Assembly (NCBI GenBank): GCA_964424795.1
Contig: CAYRKG010000020.1
Span: 2,643-66,642, forward strand
Direction of reading: 5' to 3'
Length of the DNA stretch: 64,000 nt
Source: an uncultured Spirochaetota bacterium
Lineage (GTDB): Bacteria > Spirochaetota > B62-G9 > DRHN01
How positions within the stretch are numbered: position 1 is the first letter of the stretch; every line of letters begins with the position of its first letter. The notes under the pieces were generated by a model that saw only the letters and a list, made by a program, of their open reading frames with translations, did not search any database and was not told where the DNA came from. The position numbers and the translations under genes were made by a program. This document shows positions 8,941-18,630 of this stretch, piece by piece.

Positions 8941-9789
8941 TTAGTAGACAACCCCTGCATAGCCAACAAAGCTTGAGTCAGGATGGATATCGTAGCTCGT
9001 TGTATATTTCACAAGAATCCCCTTTTTTCCACCCATCTTTTTTACAGCTGCAATTGCAGCAGAAGCAGCTCCAGGACAGCACGCATTATGTGCCGATACT
9101 CCTATTCTCAATACATCAAGAGGTTCAGCACGAAGAAAGGAGTCAACAATCTTCTTATCATTTGTCTCTTTCACCCATCTCACACTTCCTGGACCTATTC
9201 CCTGAGGAGTAAATCCATAGTTCGGTCCATAATGGGTTAGATCGGTACTGCCTATAAAACAGGCATCAAGCCCAAGCTCTTGGGCTATTGAGGCTGCCTT
9301 TTCACCTATCTTAAGGGCTCTCGTTGTAGGAGCAGCACATATAGCAACAATGTGCGAATCATCAAAAAGATGTTTTATAAAAGGAAGCTGAATCTCTATA
9401 GTATTATCCTGAGAATAGGAATGCGCATCCTCTTTTATAAAATCAAAGGAATCGCATAGCTTCCTTGCAGCGTCTAGGTGCACTTTTATTATTCCGAGGG
9501 GAGTTTTAAAACCCTCATCCATAAATATGTAATCAGGACTTCTTTCCGAAAGGTGCATACCAAACAGGAATATTATATCTGGTTTCTTCTTCTTGGATAT
9601 GCTGTACAGCACCGCTAGAGCTGTTTTCCCCGAAAAATACCACCCAGCATGAGGAACAATACCACCCAGACCATGATACTGTTCCTTCGGAACGAGAGAA
9701 GAATCTATATATCCCTCTATAGCTTTTCTGCATTCTCTTTCACCCCCTGGATACCACGATCCTGCCAGGTCAGGAGTTCTTATCCCCAT
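8941..9789 (-). CDS. MEMO1-family protein (AmmeMemoRadiSam system protein B type)
   Basis: PDLAGSWYP..., GGIVPHAGWYFSG and STDLTHYGPNYGF blocks are typical of the Memo family. Confidence 0.8.
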   Translation of the reverse strand: MGIRTPDLAGSWYPGGERECRKAIEGYIDSSLVPKEQYHGLGGIVPHAGWYFSGKTALAVLYSISKKKKPDIIFLFGMHLSERSPDYIFMDEGFKTPLGIIKVHLDAARKLCDSFDFIKEDAHSYSQDNTIEIQLPFIKHLFDDSHIVAICAAPTTRALKIGEKAASIAQELGLDACFIGSTDLTHYGPNYGFTPQGIGPGSVRWVKETNDKKIVDSFLRAEPLDVLRIGVSAHNACCPGAASAAIAAVKKMGGKKGILVKYTTSYDIHPDSSFVGYAGVVY

Positions 9790-9950
9790 CTTATGCCTCC
9801 TGTCTATCTATATTTTACAATAGATATGCTAAACATTCAACGTTTTTACCATATAGTCATCTCTTTAAAATCAATTACATGTTGAAAATATTTAATTTGA
9901 ATAGTAAATTATTGACCTGTATTCATATATTTTTTAAAGAGGAAGAGAAA

Positions 9951-10676
9951 ATGGCTAAGAAAAAAGCTTCTGCAAAAATGACGGTAGAAGAATCATTTAT
10001 TGAAATACTGCAAAATACCTTTGGAGACAATCTTATATCAGCCATGCTCTATGGAAGCTATGTAAGAGGAACATTTATCAGGGGTGTTTCTGATATAAAT
10101 ATATTGATAATTCTGGAAAAGCCTCTAACCGAACAGATTGAAAAGTTTGGTATGAAAAAATCCTTTAGATTTATAAGACGCAATAATATTACTCCACTAA
10201 TACTTACAAGGTCAGAGTTCACAAACTCAGCAGACGTTTTTCCAATGGAATACTTTGATATTAAAGATCATAACAGGGTACTCTTCGGTGAAGACGAAAC
10301 AAAATCTCTCTCTTTGACAATGAAGAATCTCAGGCATCAAATAGAGGACAGACTAAGAGGAGAGGTTGCTTCTCTTAGACAGTCCATAATTGCATCCTCA
10401 GGTAGAAAAAGGGCTCTAAAGAGATATCTCAGAAGGGCAGGGTCTTTAAATGCTGCTTTCAGGGGATTGTTAAGGCTTAAAAAAACAGCAGTCGCTTCAT
10501 TAAGCAGTGGTGATGTTCTACAAAAGGTAAGAGAAGTATTTAATATAGATATAGATCCAATTAGCAAGCTTGATAAAATGAGAAGTGGAGAAAAGATTGA
10601 TCCCAAGCCTTTGGCCCGTGATCTTCTTGTTATGCTTGAAGAGCTCATAAAAATAGTAGACAAAATGTCATTTTAG
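9951..10676 (+). CDS. Nucleotidyltransferase-domain protein
   Basis: LYGSYVRGTFIRGVSDINILIILE is the GS...D.D minimal NTase motif. I place the start at the ATG at 9951 with an AAGAGGAAGAG RBS (track start 9879 is less likely). Confidence 0.7.
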   Translation: MAKKKASAKMTVEESFIEILQNTFGDNLISAMLYGSYVRGTFIRGVSDINILIILEKPLTEQIEKFGMKKSFRFIRRNNITPLILTRSEFTNSADVFPMEYFDIKDHNRVLFGEDETKSLSLTMKNLRHQIEDRLRGEVASLRQSIIASSGRKRALKRYLRRAGSLNAAFRGLLRLKKTAVASLSSGDVLQKVREVFNIDIDPISKLDKMRSGEKIDPKPLARDLLVMLEELIKIVDKMSF

Positions 10677-10706
10677 AGTAAGTCTAATTATTGAGGAACA
10701 GTATCA

Positions 10707-11465
10707 ATGAAAAAGAAAAAAGTATTTTTTATCATAATTTTATCCATCTTATTCACAGCAACTTTCCTCTATGCACAGAAACTTCCTAAACCTGTAGGAT
10801 GGGTGAATGACTTTGCGGGTGTTATAGATGAGGGATCTAAAGTCCAGATGGAGAGGATTATTCAAACTTTGGAACAAAAAACAGGAGCAGAAATAGCCGT
10901 CGTAACAGTGGAATCTTTTGCTCCCTATGGAACTATTGAAGAGTATTCTATAGAACTGGCAACAGAATGGGGAATCGGTAAAAAAGGTGAAGATAACGGA
11001 ATACTGATCCTTGTAGCTATTGAGGAGAGGCGTATTCGTCTTGAGGTTGGGTATGGACTCGAAGGAATAATTCCTGATGGTCTTGCCGGACAGATTAGAG
11101 ATCAATCAATTGTCCCTTCATTGAAAATTGGTGATTATGGAACAGGCTTGCTTAAGGGTGTCCAGGCAGTTGCCGGGATCATTGCAAAAGAATATGATGT
11201 AGATTTAGGCTCCTACGATCTGGGAGAAAGTCGTCAGTATACCAGAAGGAGTGCTGCAGGTATCGGCTTTCTCATCCCCCTAATATTAATACTTCTCTTT
11301 GGAGGGGGACGCTTCTTTTTATGGCCTCTACTGTTTATGGGAGCAGCTTCAAGCAGGGGCTTTTTTGGCGGTGGATTTAGCTCTGGTGGGAGTAGTTTTA
11401 GGGGCGGTTTTTCAGGATTTGGCGGCGGTGGATTTGGTGGAGGAGGAGCATCCGGGGGATTTTAG
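10707..11465 (+). CDS. TPM-domain (YgcG-like) protein with a TM segment and Gly-rich tail
   Basis: Signal peptide, WVNDFAGVI... TPM block, TM helix and a C-terminal GGGFSSGGSSFRGGFSGFGGGGFGGGG tail. Adjacent to lemA, as is usual. Confidence 0.8.
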   Translation: MKKKKVFFIIILSILFTATFLYAQKLPKPVGWVNDFAGVIDEGSKVQMERIIQTLEQKTGAEIAVVTVESFAPYGTIEEYSIELATEWGIGKKGEDNGILILVAIEERRIRLEVGYGLEGIIPDGLAGQIRDQSIVPSLKIGDYGTGLLKGVQAVAGIIAKEYDVDLGSYDLGESRQYTRRSAAGIGFLIPLILILLFGGGRFFLWPLLFMGAASSRGFFGGGFSSGGSSFRGGFSGFGGGGFGGGGASGGF

Positions 11466-11594
11466 TGTATGTATTGCATTAGGAAAGGATATAAGTAATC
11501 TATTCGATGTGATGTGCGCTCTGTCTTATAATCACATAACTGTCCTAATGTAATAATAACTTGAACAAATTCGATTATCAGAATGGAGTGAAAT

Positions 11595-12179
11595 ATGGCA
11601 AAAGGAAGATTAGTAGGAGTATTGATTGTAGTAGCAATTATCATCGTGTTTGCTGTTATTACTGGAGGCTGGTTTATCGGTACGAGAAACACGCTTGTTA
11701 CAATGGAAGAAGCAATCGATAGCGCATGGGCAGAGATTGATAATCAGCTTCAGAGGAGGAGCGACCTTATCCCGAATCTCGTAGCCACTGTCAAGGGATA
11801 CGCAGCCCATGAAAGAGAGGTATTTACCCAGATAGCAGAGGCGCGGGCAAAACTTGCCGGAGCAAAAACCGTAGGAGAAAAGGCCCAAAGCTACAATCAA
11901 CTGGAAACAGCACTGAGCAGACTTTTGGTTATTGTTGAGCGCTATCCAGATTTGAAAGCGAATGTAAACTTCATCAGACTTCAGGATGAGCTTGCAGGTA
12001 CAGAAAACAGGATTGCAGTTGCAAGGAAGCGCTACAATGATAATGTGAGGTCATTTAATACAAAAATCAGAAGATTTCCTGCCTCTTCAGTAGCAAATAT
12101 CATGGGCCTGGAGAAGAGGGAATATTTTGAGATAGAAGAGAGAGCAAGAGAGGTTCCAGAGGTTGATTTTGAAAGCTAA
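11595..12179 (+). CDS. lemA: LemA family protein
   Basis: N-terminal TM helix plus the WAEIDNQLQRRSDLIPNLV...ERYPDLKAN...RKRYNDNVRSFN conserved LemA blocks. Confidence 0.9.
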   Translation: MAKGRLVGVLIVVAIIIVFAVITGGWFIGTRNTLVTMEEAIDSAWAEIDNQLQRRSDLIPNLVATVKGYAAHEREVFTQIAEARAKLAGAKTVGEKAQSYNQLETALSRLLVIVERYPDLKANVNFIRLQDELAGTENRIAVARKRYNDNVRSFNTKIRRFPASSVANIMGLEKREYFEIEERAREVPEVDFES

Positions 12180-12219
12180 ACTGAAGTTGAGCTTACATAT
12201 ATTGTAAAGGAAGTTTTTC

Positions 12220-12495
12220 ATGCACTATATAGACCTTCTTCTCTCATTTATCCTTTTTATAATGGGGATTCTGGCAGTAGTTTTAAAAAGATTCAAAAAA
12301 AATATCTGGATTGTGATACTCTCTATTCTCTTTTTCCCAATCGCAATTGCTACATACTACTTCCCTGAAACTGATAAAGTGATTTTTGGGAGTGTATCAG
12401 TTTTACAGATTATTGTATACCCTCTTGTCAAGATACTTATTATACTTGTCCTTTTTAACTATATCTTTCAGGCGAAGAGGGAGGCAAGAAAATAA
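12220..12495 (+). CDS. Small integral membrane protein, unknown function
   Basis: 91 aa with three hydrophobic segments. No recognisable family. Confidence 0.45.
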   Translation: MHYIDLLLSFILFIMGILAVVLKRFKKNIWIVILSILFFPIAIATYYFPETDKVIFGSVSVLQIIVYPLVKILIILVLFNYIFQAKREARK

Positions 12496-12530
12496 AAAAG
12501 AGGCAACACCTATAGGTCAAGTGTTGCCTC
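12491..12530 (-). terminator. Rho-independent terminator of the radical SAM gene (lies between convergent genes)
   Basis: Perfect 10-bp stem, GAGGCAACAC (12500-12509) with GTGTTGCCTC (12521-12530). On the minus strand it is followed by TTTTTTATT. Confidence 0.6.
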
Positions 12531-12621
12531 TAAATGGCCTGGCATAATGAAATGACGGCTATTTATACCAGTCCATCAATGGATATTAATAAACCCTCTG
12601 TTGCCTGAATAAAACTAAAAC

Positions 12622-14061
12622 CTATATCTTCTGATACTCCTTCTTCCATATATCCTCTGTTGCCTTATCTACCTTGATACCAATCTCAGTAAGATCCTCT
12701 ACAAACTGCTTGTCTCTAAATGACTTTTCAGTTGATTGTCCAACGGGAATTGCATTGTTCTCTCTAGCTATTTTATGGAACTCATTGTGATGATCCCTTA
12801 TTGGGCATGGTACAATCTCGTTTCCAGCTTCCTTTGAAGGTTTCTTATAGCTATATCCTGCCTGCCATTCTCGTAATTTCGTAAAGAATGGAGTTTCAAG
12901 TACATCATCAAGGTTTTTGCCTTTATCAAAAAAATCTGTTTTTATATTTCCAACAGAATAAGGAACAAAAACACAGGGCATTACATTACCATACCAGTCT
13001 ATATATAGATATCCGCCCTTCCTTCCTGCGCATATACATCCATCGCTAATCGGTCCACCATTCCAGAAATCAACAAAGAACACTCCTTTCTCTCTGATAA
13101 GATGCCTTTCCCGAAACCATAACTGTCTTCGCTGCTCAGGTGTAATCATTAAATCAAAAGTCGGCCCCCTCCCGATGGGCATATATTGAAACATCCACGC
13201 AAATGCAGCACCCATTTCATCATAAAACTTGTCGAAAAATTCATCACTTACGATCTCTTCAACGTTCTGGCGAGTTGCTGTAAGAGATATACCAAACAGA
13301 ACTCCTGCCTCTTTTAGATTCTCCATTGCCCTAATAAGCTTTTTATAAACACCCTTTCCTCTTCGACTGTCAGTTTTTTCTTCGAAGCCCTCAATTGAGA
13401 TTGCTGGAGCCACGTTCCCCAGTTCTGCAAACTTTTTAGCAACAGTTTTATCTATAAGAGTCCCATTTGTATATACGAGAAAAAAATTATCATTGTGTTT
13501 CTCGAAAAGATCAATAATCGTTTTTCCCTTACTTTCATATATAAGGGGCTCCCCGCCTGATATTACAGTAAAATATGATCCCCAAAGTTCCCTCTTCTGT
13601 TCCATTATCTTATCCATAACATCCCAGTCCAGGGTCCCGTATGTTTTTTTGGAACTTGCTGCATAACAGCCAAAACAGCCAAGATTACACTTCTGTGCCG
13701 GGCTTATGGTCATAAATACTGGCAGGGGATCCTCACGCCTTCTCCTAGCTCGAGCTTCCGGGTGCCTCTCCCCCCAGTTCAATATTATATCTCCCACCAG
13801 TTTATTAAATACCCAATCCTTAACTGTAGGAGCAAGGGCATCCTCTCTGAACTTTTTTTCAAATGATTTCATTAAGTTTCTTACGACAAGGAATTTATCT
13901 TCCTGAGCACCTACAGGCCTGTTTCTTGGGTTCTTCACAACAAGGGCCTTTAATATCTCTTTTTCACCCCATCTTAAAAAGTAATTCATAATGAAGTTGA
14001 CCTTCATTAATTCAAGGCCAACCTTTGCTAACATCTTTTTGCTTTTTGCACCAATCTTCAT
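12622..14061 (-). CDS. Radical SAM protein with a SPASM/twitch-like C-terminal Cys region
   Basis: CNLGCFGCY is a CX3CX2C motif, followed by GGEPL. The C-terminal CICAGRKGGYLYIDWYGNVMPCVFVPY resembles the auxiliary-cluster motif. 479 aa with an N-terminal extension of about 110 aa. Confidence 0.8.
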   Translation of the reverse strand: MKIGAKSKKMLAKVGLELMKVNFIMNYFLRWGEKEILKALVVKNPRNRPVGAQEDKFLVVRNLMKSFEKKFREDALAPTVKDWVFNKLVGDIILNWGERHPEARARRRREDPLPVFMTISPAQKCNLGCFGCYAASSKKTYGTLDWDVMDKIMEQKRELWGSYFTVISGGEPLIYESKGKTIIDLFEKHNDNFFLVYTNGTLIDKTVAKKFAELGNVAPAISIEGFEEKTDSRRGKGVYKKLIRAMENLKEAGVLFGISLTATRQNVEEIVSDEFFDKFYDEMGAAFAWMFQYMPIGRGPTFDLMITPEQRRQLWFRERHLIREKGVFFVDFWNGGPISDGCICAGRKGGYLYIDWYGNVMPCVFVPYSVGNIKTDFFDKGKNLDDVLETPFFTKLREWQAGYSYKKPSKEAGNEIVPCPIRDHHNEFHKIARENNAIPVGQSTEKSFRDKQFVEDLTEIGIKVDKATEDIWKKEYQKI

Positions 14062-14100
14062 CTATTACCCTCCGCAGTAACTATGAATAACCTTTAAATT

Positions 14101-14118
14101 GGTAGTATTAATACTACC
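14101..14118. promoter_or_regulatory. Perfect 18-bp palindrome in a divergent promoter region (candidate operator)
   Basis: GGTAGTATTAATACTACC (9+9, no mismatch) lies 40 nt upstream of the radical SAM start, between the two divergent genes. Confidence 0.3.
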
Positions 14119-14241
14119 CTGAAAGGAAATATATTGTCAAGTACTTTTTCTCTTGAAATTTACTTTTTTTAGCAATGAGCTTTATTTTTATCTGGAAAAA
14201 ATCATACAGACAATATAAACTTGAATGAAAAAATGTGATAA

Positions 14242-17163
14242 TTGTCTTTTATAAAAAAGAATTTCACATTATATGCCACAACGCTAACTTTGAAGATAGG
14301 TATTAGTGTGGATAGATTTTTTAAAGAATATTTTCTGAAACTCGGGCTTATTTTCATCAATTTTCTTATTTTTTTTGAAAGTCCTTTATATGCAGAATCT
14401 AGATTAATAGTCCACAGCATACCAAAAGTTGATGTCGCTCAAAAATGGTATTTTAAAGAAAGCAAACATTTTCAATTAATATTTCCCCTCCGTCTTAAAG
14501 AAGTTGCCCATCTCATTGAGATAGAGGCAGAAGGTATCTTTGAGCATTTAAGTAGCTGGGCACAGTACAAACCTTCAAGAAAGATAGATATAATAATTAC
14601 AGATAATATTGATCGTGCAAATGGCTTTGTAACATTGAGCTCCAGAGGGCTTTACATCGTCATTTACACCATGTATCCATATATGGATTTTATCGATGGT
14701 CTCGATGCATACAAAAACTGGTATAGAAACCTGTTAATTCATGAACTCTCACACATTTTACACCTCGATATTGTTGATGGCTTTCCTGCGCTATCGAAAA
14801 GGATATTCGGAAATATTATTTATCCAAACTTAACGACTCCCCTCTTTTATAAAGAAGGCTTTGCAACGTATTCTGAAACAGTCACCGAAGAGGGGTACGG
14901 TCGTGGAAACTACACATACACCGATATGTATATAAGAACAGCTTTCTTACAGAAAAATCCCCCTTTACTTGACCGTTCATCGAGCAGTGCAAATATATGG
15001 CCCTTTGGGGAAGCGCGCTACCTTTACGGTGTCTCATTTATAAACTATATCAACAAAATGTATGGCGAAGAAAAAATTTTTACATTTAACAGAGAAAATG
15101 CAGGATACCTGTTCTTTACATGGGGGATTTCATTTAAAAATGTGTATGGAAAAGAGATGTATAAAGTCTGGCAGGATTGGATTAACTATGAAGAGGAAAG
15201 AGAAAAAAGCTTCGTGGCCCGTATAGAAATGGAAGGAATAACCAATTTTATACCGATCGGCATGGAGAAAGGGTATGTATATTCAATATCTTTTAATAAT
15301 ACAGGGGATAAGGCAGCCTATTGTATCAGACCGGCAGAGAGACTTGGAGGTTTGTACATCTATGATTTTAAAAGTGGCTCTGAAAAATGTATAAAGAAGG
15401 GTTTGTACGCTGGAAATCTTCTATTTTCAAAAGATGATAAGAGAATCTTCTATATACGCTCTGATGTGATGAGGAATGTCTATCATAAAAACAACATCTA
15501 TGAATTTGATCTTATTAAGAAAAGGGAGAAACAGATTACAAAGACTGGAAGCATACAGGGCTTTACCTTCACAGAAGATGAAGATGAGCTTTTGATCTGT
15601 TATTCCACTCCTCATGGCACTGAAATTCATTTTATAAAGAGTGATGGAGAAATAAAGAGTATTGTAAAACCCGAAAATAACATTCCTTTAGTAGAGCAGC
15701 CTGACCTCTCCCCGGACAAAAAAACTGTAGCCTTCTCCTGTAAAGATCTGAATGGAAGACGAGGTATATATCTATCTCTACTTCAAGATCTAAAAATGGG
15801 AATTTTTCGAGTTAAAAAGATTACAGCCTCCCCTTACAACGCATTCTCTCCTGCCTGGTTAAATAGTGAAGAGTTATTATTCGTTGCAGATAAAGATGGC
15901 ATATACAATATATACAAACTGGATATTAACACTGGGATAACAGAGAGAATCACCAATGTAGTTACCGGTGTATTTGATCCTGAAGTCTCCATTGATGGGA
16001 AGATCATACTTAAAAAATACACATCGGAGGGATATAGAGTTGTATACTTGAAAAATCAATATTCTTATGAAAAGGCATTTTATCTGTCTAACGATCAAAA
16101 AGGGGAATCCTTTGAAATAGAGAAAAAGGCCTTGAATACTAGTAATAATCTTAAAGAGTACAAACCGGGGGAATGGCTATTTCCAGGATACTGGCTTCCT
16201 TTTTTTATTAATGATAGAGTAAACCTGGGCCTTGGTTTTTATACCTCTGGTGCTGACCTTTTAAAAATACATACCTACAGCACAGCCCTTCTCTACGATG
16301 TTATAGATTCAAGGCTGAAATCATTTATAAACTATACGTATCATTCTTACCCCTTCTCCTATTTTATTTCTCTCTTTGCCTATCAGAATACTAACTCCTC
16401 AGTTTTTGCACCATATACTGCTCTTTTCCCAGGTATTTCATTTCCCATTTTTAAAAGAGATTTTCTGCTTCAGACAGACCTGGGTTTTATTTTTGAAAGC
16501 CCGTACACAGGAGTCGATCTTTCGTTTTACTTTAATAATATAAAAAGACCTCTCAGGTGGGTGGGACCTGAGCAGGGGATTATCTTTATGCACGAAATTT
16601 TTTACAACTTTGAAAAAGAGATGTTTGTTATATTTAAAGATTACTTTTCCAGTTATTTCAGGCTCTTTGATATTTTTCTCTTAAATCTTCAGGTAAAGAG
16701 CAGTTGGGGAGTGATCGATGAAAAAGAACGAGTAACATCCGGAGCCCTTTCCGACTACATCTATATCCCGCTGAACAGTATATATACCATGGGGTACCCT
16801 GAAGTGATAAATGGTCGATTTGTACTGGATTTTAAAACAGCGCTTTCAGCTCCTCTTTTCAATGTGTATAGAGGCATTAGAGCTATTCCCATATTCTTCG
16901 AAGGGATAAACATCAGCCTGTACTTAGATAATGGAATAATCACCGCAAACAGTACCCCATACGATTTTGTTATAACTGACCTGAACGATTTTTGGGGAGA
17001 TCCTATACGATACATACGTTCTTCAGTCGGATTTGAGCTTCAATTCGGTTTTATTATAGGATATGAGGTACCTCTTAAAATAAACCTCGGCTATGTGCAT
17101 ACACTGTCTTACGGAGGGACAGATGGCTTTTATACAAGGATAAAAATGGATATACCTCTTTAA
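14242..17163 (+). CDS. Large secreted multidomain protein: HExxH metallopeptidase-like N-domain, TolB-like beta-propeller repeats, C-terminal beta-barrel-like region
   Basis: Signal-like segment LGLIFINFLIFFESPLYAES. LLIHELSHILH is an HExxH motif. Repeats of the TolB/WD40-like type are present (PDLSPDKKTVAFS, FSPAWLNSEELLFVADKDGIYNIYKLD, FDPEVSIDGK). The C-terminal 330 aa or so is rich in alternating aromatic residues and ends in an aromatic-rich strand. The true start may lie downstream of 14242. Confidence 0.7.
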   Translation: MSFIKKNFTLYATTLTLKIGISVDRFFKEYFLKLGLIFINFLIFFESPLYAESRLIVHSIPKVDVAQKWYFKESKHFQLIFPLRLKEVAHLIEIEAEGIFEHLSSWAQYKPSRKIDIIITDNIDRANGFVTLSSRGLYIVIYTMYPYMDFIDGLDAYKNWYRNLLIHELSHILHLDIVDGFPALSKRIFGNIIYPNLTTPLFYKEGFATYSETVTEEGYGRGNYTYTDMYIRTAFLQKNPPLLDRSSSSANIWPFGEARYLYGVSFINYINKMYGEEKIFTFNRENAGYLFFTWGISFKNVYGKEMYKVWQDWINYEEEREKSFVARIEMEGITNFIPIGMEKGYVYSISFNNTGDKAAYCIRPAERLGGLYIYDFKSGSEKCIKKGLYAGNLLFSKDDKRIFYIRSDVMRNVYHKNNIYEFDLIKKREKQITKTGSIQGFTFTEDEDELLICYSTPHGTEIHFIKSDGEIKSIVKPENNIPLVEQPDLSPDKKTVAFSCKDLNGRRGIYLSLLQDLKMGIFRVKKITASPYNAFSPAWLNSEELLFVADKDGIYNIYKLDINTGITERITNVVTGVFDPEVSIDGKIILKKYTSEGYRVVYLKNQYSYEKAFYLSNDQKGESFEIEKKALNTSNNLKEYKPGEWLFPGYWLPFFINDRVNLGLGFYTSGADLLKIHTYSTALLYDVIDSRLKSFINYTYHSYPFSYFISLFAYQNTNSSVFAPYTALFPGISFPIFKRDFLLQTDLGFIFESPYTGVDLSFYFNNIKRPLRWVGPEQGIIFMHEIFYNFEKEMFVIFKDYFSSYFRLFDIFLLNLQVKSSWGVIDEKERVTSGALSDYIYIPLNSIYTMGYPEVINGRFVLDFKTALSAPLFNVYRGIRAIPIFFEGINISLYLDNGIITANSTPYDFVITDLNDFWGDPIRYIRSSVGFELQFGFIIGYEVPLKINLGYVHTLSYGGTDGFYTRIKMDIPL

Positions 17164-17413
17164 AAGGCAGGAGGTGAAACCTACTCCTATCTCAAGAGAG
17201 GGATTGTATATATGCATTATACTGTACTGTTCCCATTGTCTGGCCATATAAATCGGAAAAGGATCTTGAAATATATACACCTCCAGATCCTCTTGATCCT
17301 ATGCGATCTGCCAATTCAATACACTTGCATGTGAAGCCCGAAAACTACAAAGCCATGCTCGAAGCTGTAAGAAAGTACAGGAACTATAAACATCTGGGAG
17401 AGGCAGCCAGAGA

Positions 17414-18568
17414 TCAGTGATCTATTATCCTATTTAACTCTTCTCTATAATATTTAAAATTTCTCCAGCATGCATCTTCAGAAACATGATGATCTATATG
17501 AGGAATATGTCCACTTTTTTTTAATAATAATTTCACCTTATTTAATTCAACATCAATATCAGATAGCTTCTTGTCTCTCGATAATATCATCTTATTTATT
17601 CCACCCAGTAACTGTATTTTAGGAAAATTTTCTCTTACTCTCAATAAATCATTTCCTGCCTGAACTTCGAAGGGTAAAAACCCTGTTATTCCTGCTTTAA
17701 CCCACAGAGGAATCAATTCTTCGATAAACCCATCACTATCAACAATTATAGTATTTATTTTATACTGCTTAAGGAAATCTACCAATTTCAGGTAATAAGG
17801 AAATAAAAATTCTATAAACATTTCGCTGGATATCAAGGATCCAGACCTGTAAGCCATATCCTCAAAAATAAGACAGCAATCTACATCAACTTCATTTAAT
17901 ATTTTAGACCAGTAATTCATAACGAATGTTAAAAAAAACTCATTTATATCTTTTATTAATTGAGGATCATCGTACATTGTAAGAAACAAATTGTTCTGGC
18001 CCATTAAATGTCTTGGAAACCCTAAGAATCCATATGGGTTTCCTCCTATTCTTACCGGATAATCCCGTAATTTTAAACTTTTTATTATTGTATTCCAATA
18101 TTTTGGGAGCCTCTTTTTATAGTTCTCATCATAATAATTTTTATAATCTTCAAAATCTTCTCTGTTTTTTACTGGATGCTCAATATCCATGGGTGTAGAT
18201 GTTCCATCTTTTCTGATCTTTTTAGTTATTCCATATTTGTCAGTATATATTTTAAAATGTTCATCTTCTTCTATTATTTTTTCTTCCAGCAGAGGACTGA
18301 TATCAAATGGAAACTTTGATATATATGAATCAAGGTTGAAATAAGCTCTTACATTCTTATCAGAAACTTCACTACTTACAGGATCTATCTTTGTATATCC
18401 CATAATACTTCCATTATCTGAAATATTTTTCGGTAGCTCCTGGGTAACCGGCATGCCTTCCTTTATAAATCTTTTTATTGTTCCAACCCAGTATCCGTAT
18501 TCTGCTTTTAAAGTAGCAACTCCTTTTTCAAAGCTCATAATGGCATTAAACTTTTCTCTGGAATTCAA
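17414..18568 (-). CDS. Uroporphyrinogen decarboxylase (URO-D) family protein, paralogue 1
   Basis: 384 aa, alignable by eye with the ORFs at 23416-24501 and 36124-37182 (IFEDMAYRSG.., FLPFEVQAGND). TTG start with an AAGAGGA RBS. Confidence 0.7.
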   Translation of the reverse strand: MNSREKFNAIMSFEKGVATLKAEYGYWVGTIKRFIKEGMPVTQELPKNISDNGSIMGYTKIDPVSSEVSDKNVRAYFNLDSYISKFPFDISPLLEEKIIEEDEHFKIYTDKYGITKKIRKDGTSTPMDIEHPVKNREDFEDYKNYYDENYKKRLPKYWNTIIKSLKLRDYPVRIGGNPYGFLGFPRHLMGQNNLFLTMYDDPQLIKDINEFFLTFVMNYWSKILNEVDVDCCLIFEDMAYRSGSLISSEMFIEFLFPYYLKLVDFLKQYKINTIIVDSDGFIEELIPLWVKAGITGFLPFEVQAGNDLLRVRENFPKIQLLGGINKMILSRDKKLSDIDVELNKVKLLLKKSGHIPHIDHHVSEDACWRNFKYYREELNRIIDH

Positions 18569-18630
18569 CTGAATATCCTCTTTTAAAATCAGCTTTAAAA
18601 AATGATGATAGCTTTTACATCTATTTAAAT

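Noticed and set aside
9951-10676. The nucleotidyltransferase as the MNT half of an MNT-HEPN toxin-antitoxin pair.
   Set aside because: No HEPN (RxxxxH) partner ORF is adjacent. The protein is longer than minimal MNTs and has its own helical C-terminal region.
11299-11553. 84-aa plus-strand ORF overlapping the end of the TPM gene.
   Set aside because: It is an alternative frame of the GGN-rich tail-coding region and has no RBS. It is an artefact of repetitive codons.
8941-14061. The Memo-family gene plus the radical SAM gene as an AmmeMemoRadiSam system.
   Set aside because: No AMMECR1 gene is present. The radical SAM protein is 479 aa with a SPASM-like tail, not the PflA-like enzyme of about 330 aa found in that system. 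The two genes are 3 kb apart with unrelated genes between them.
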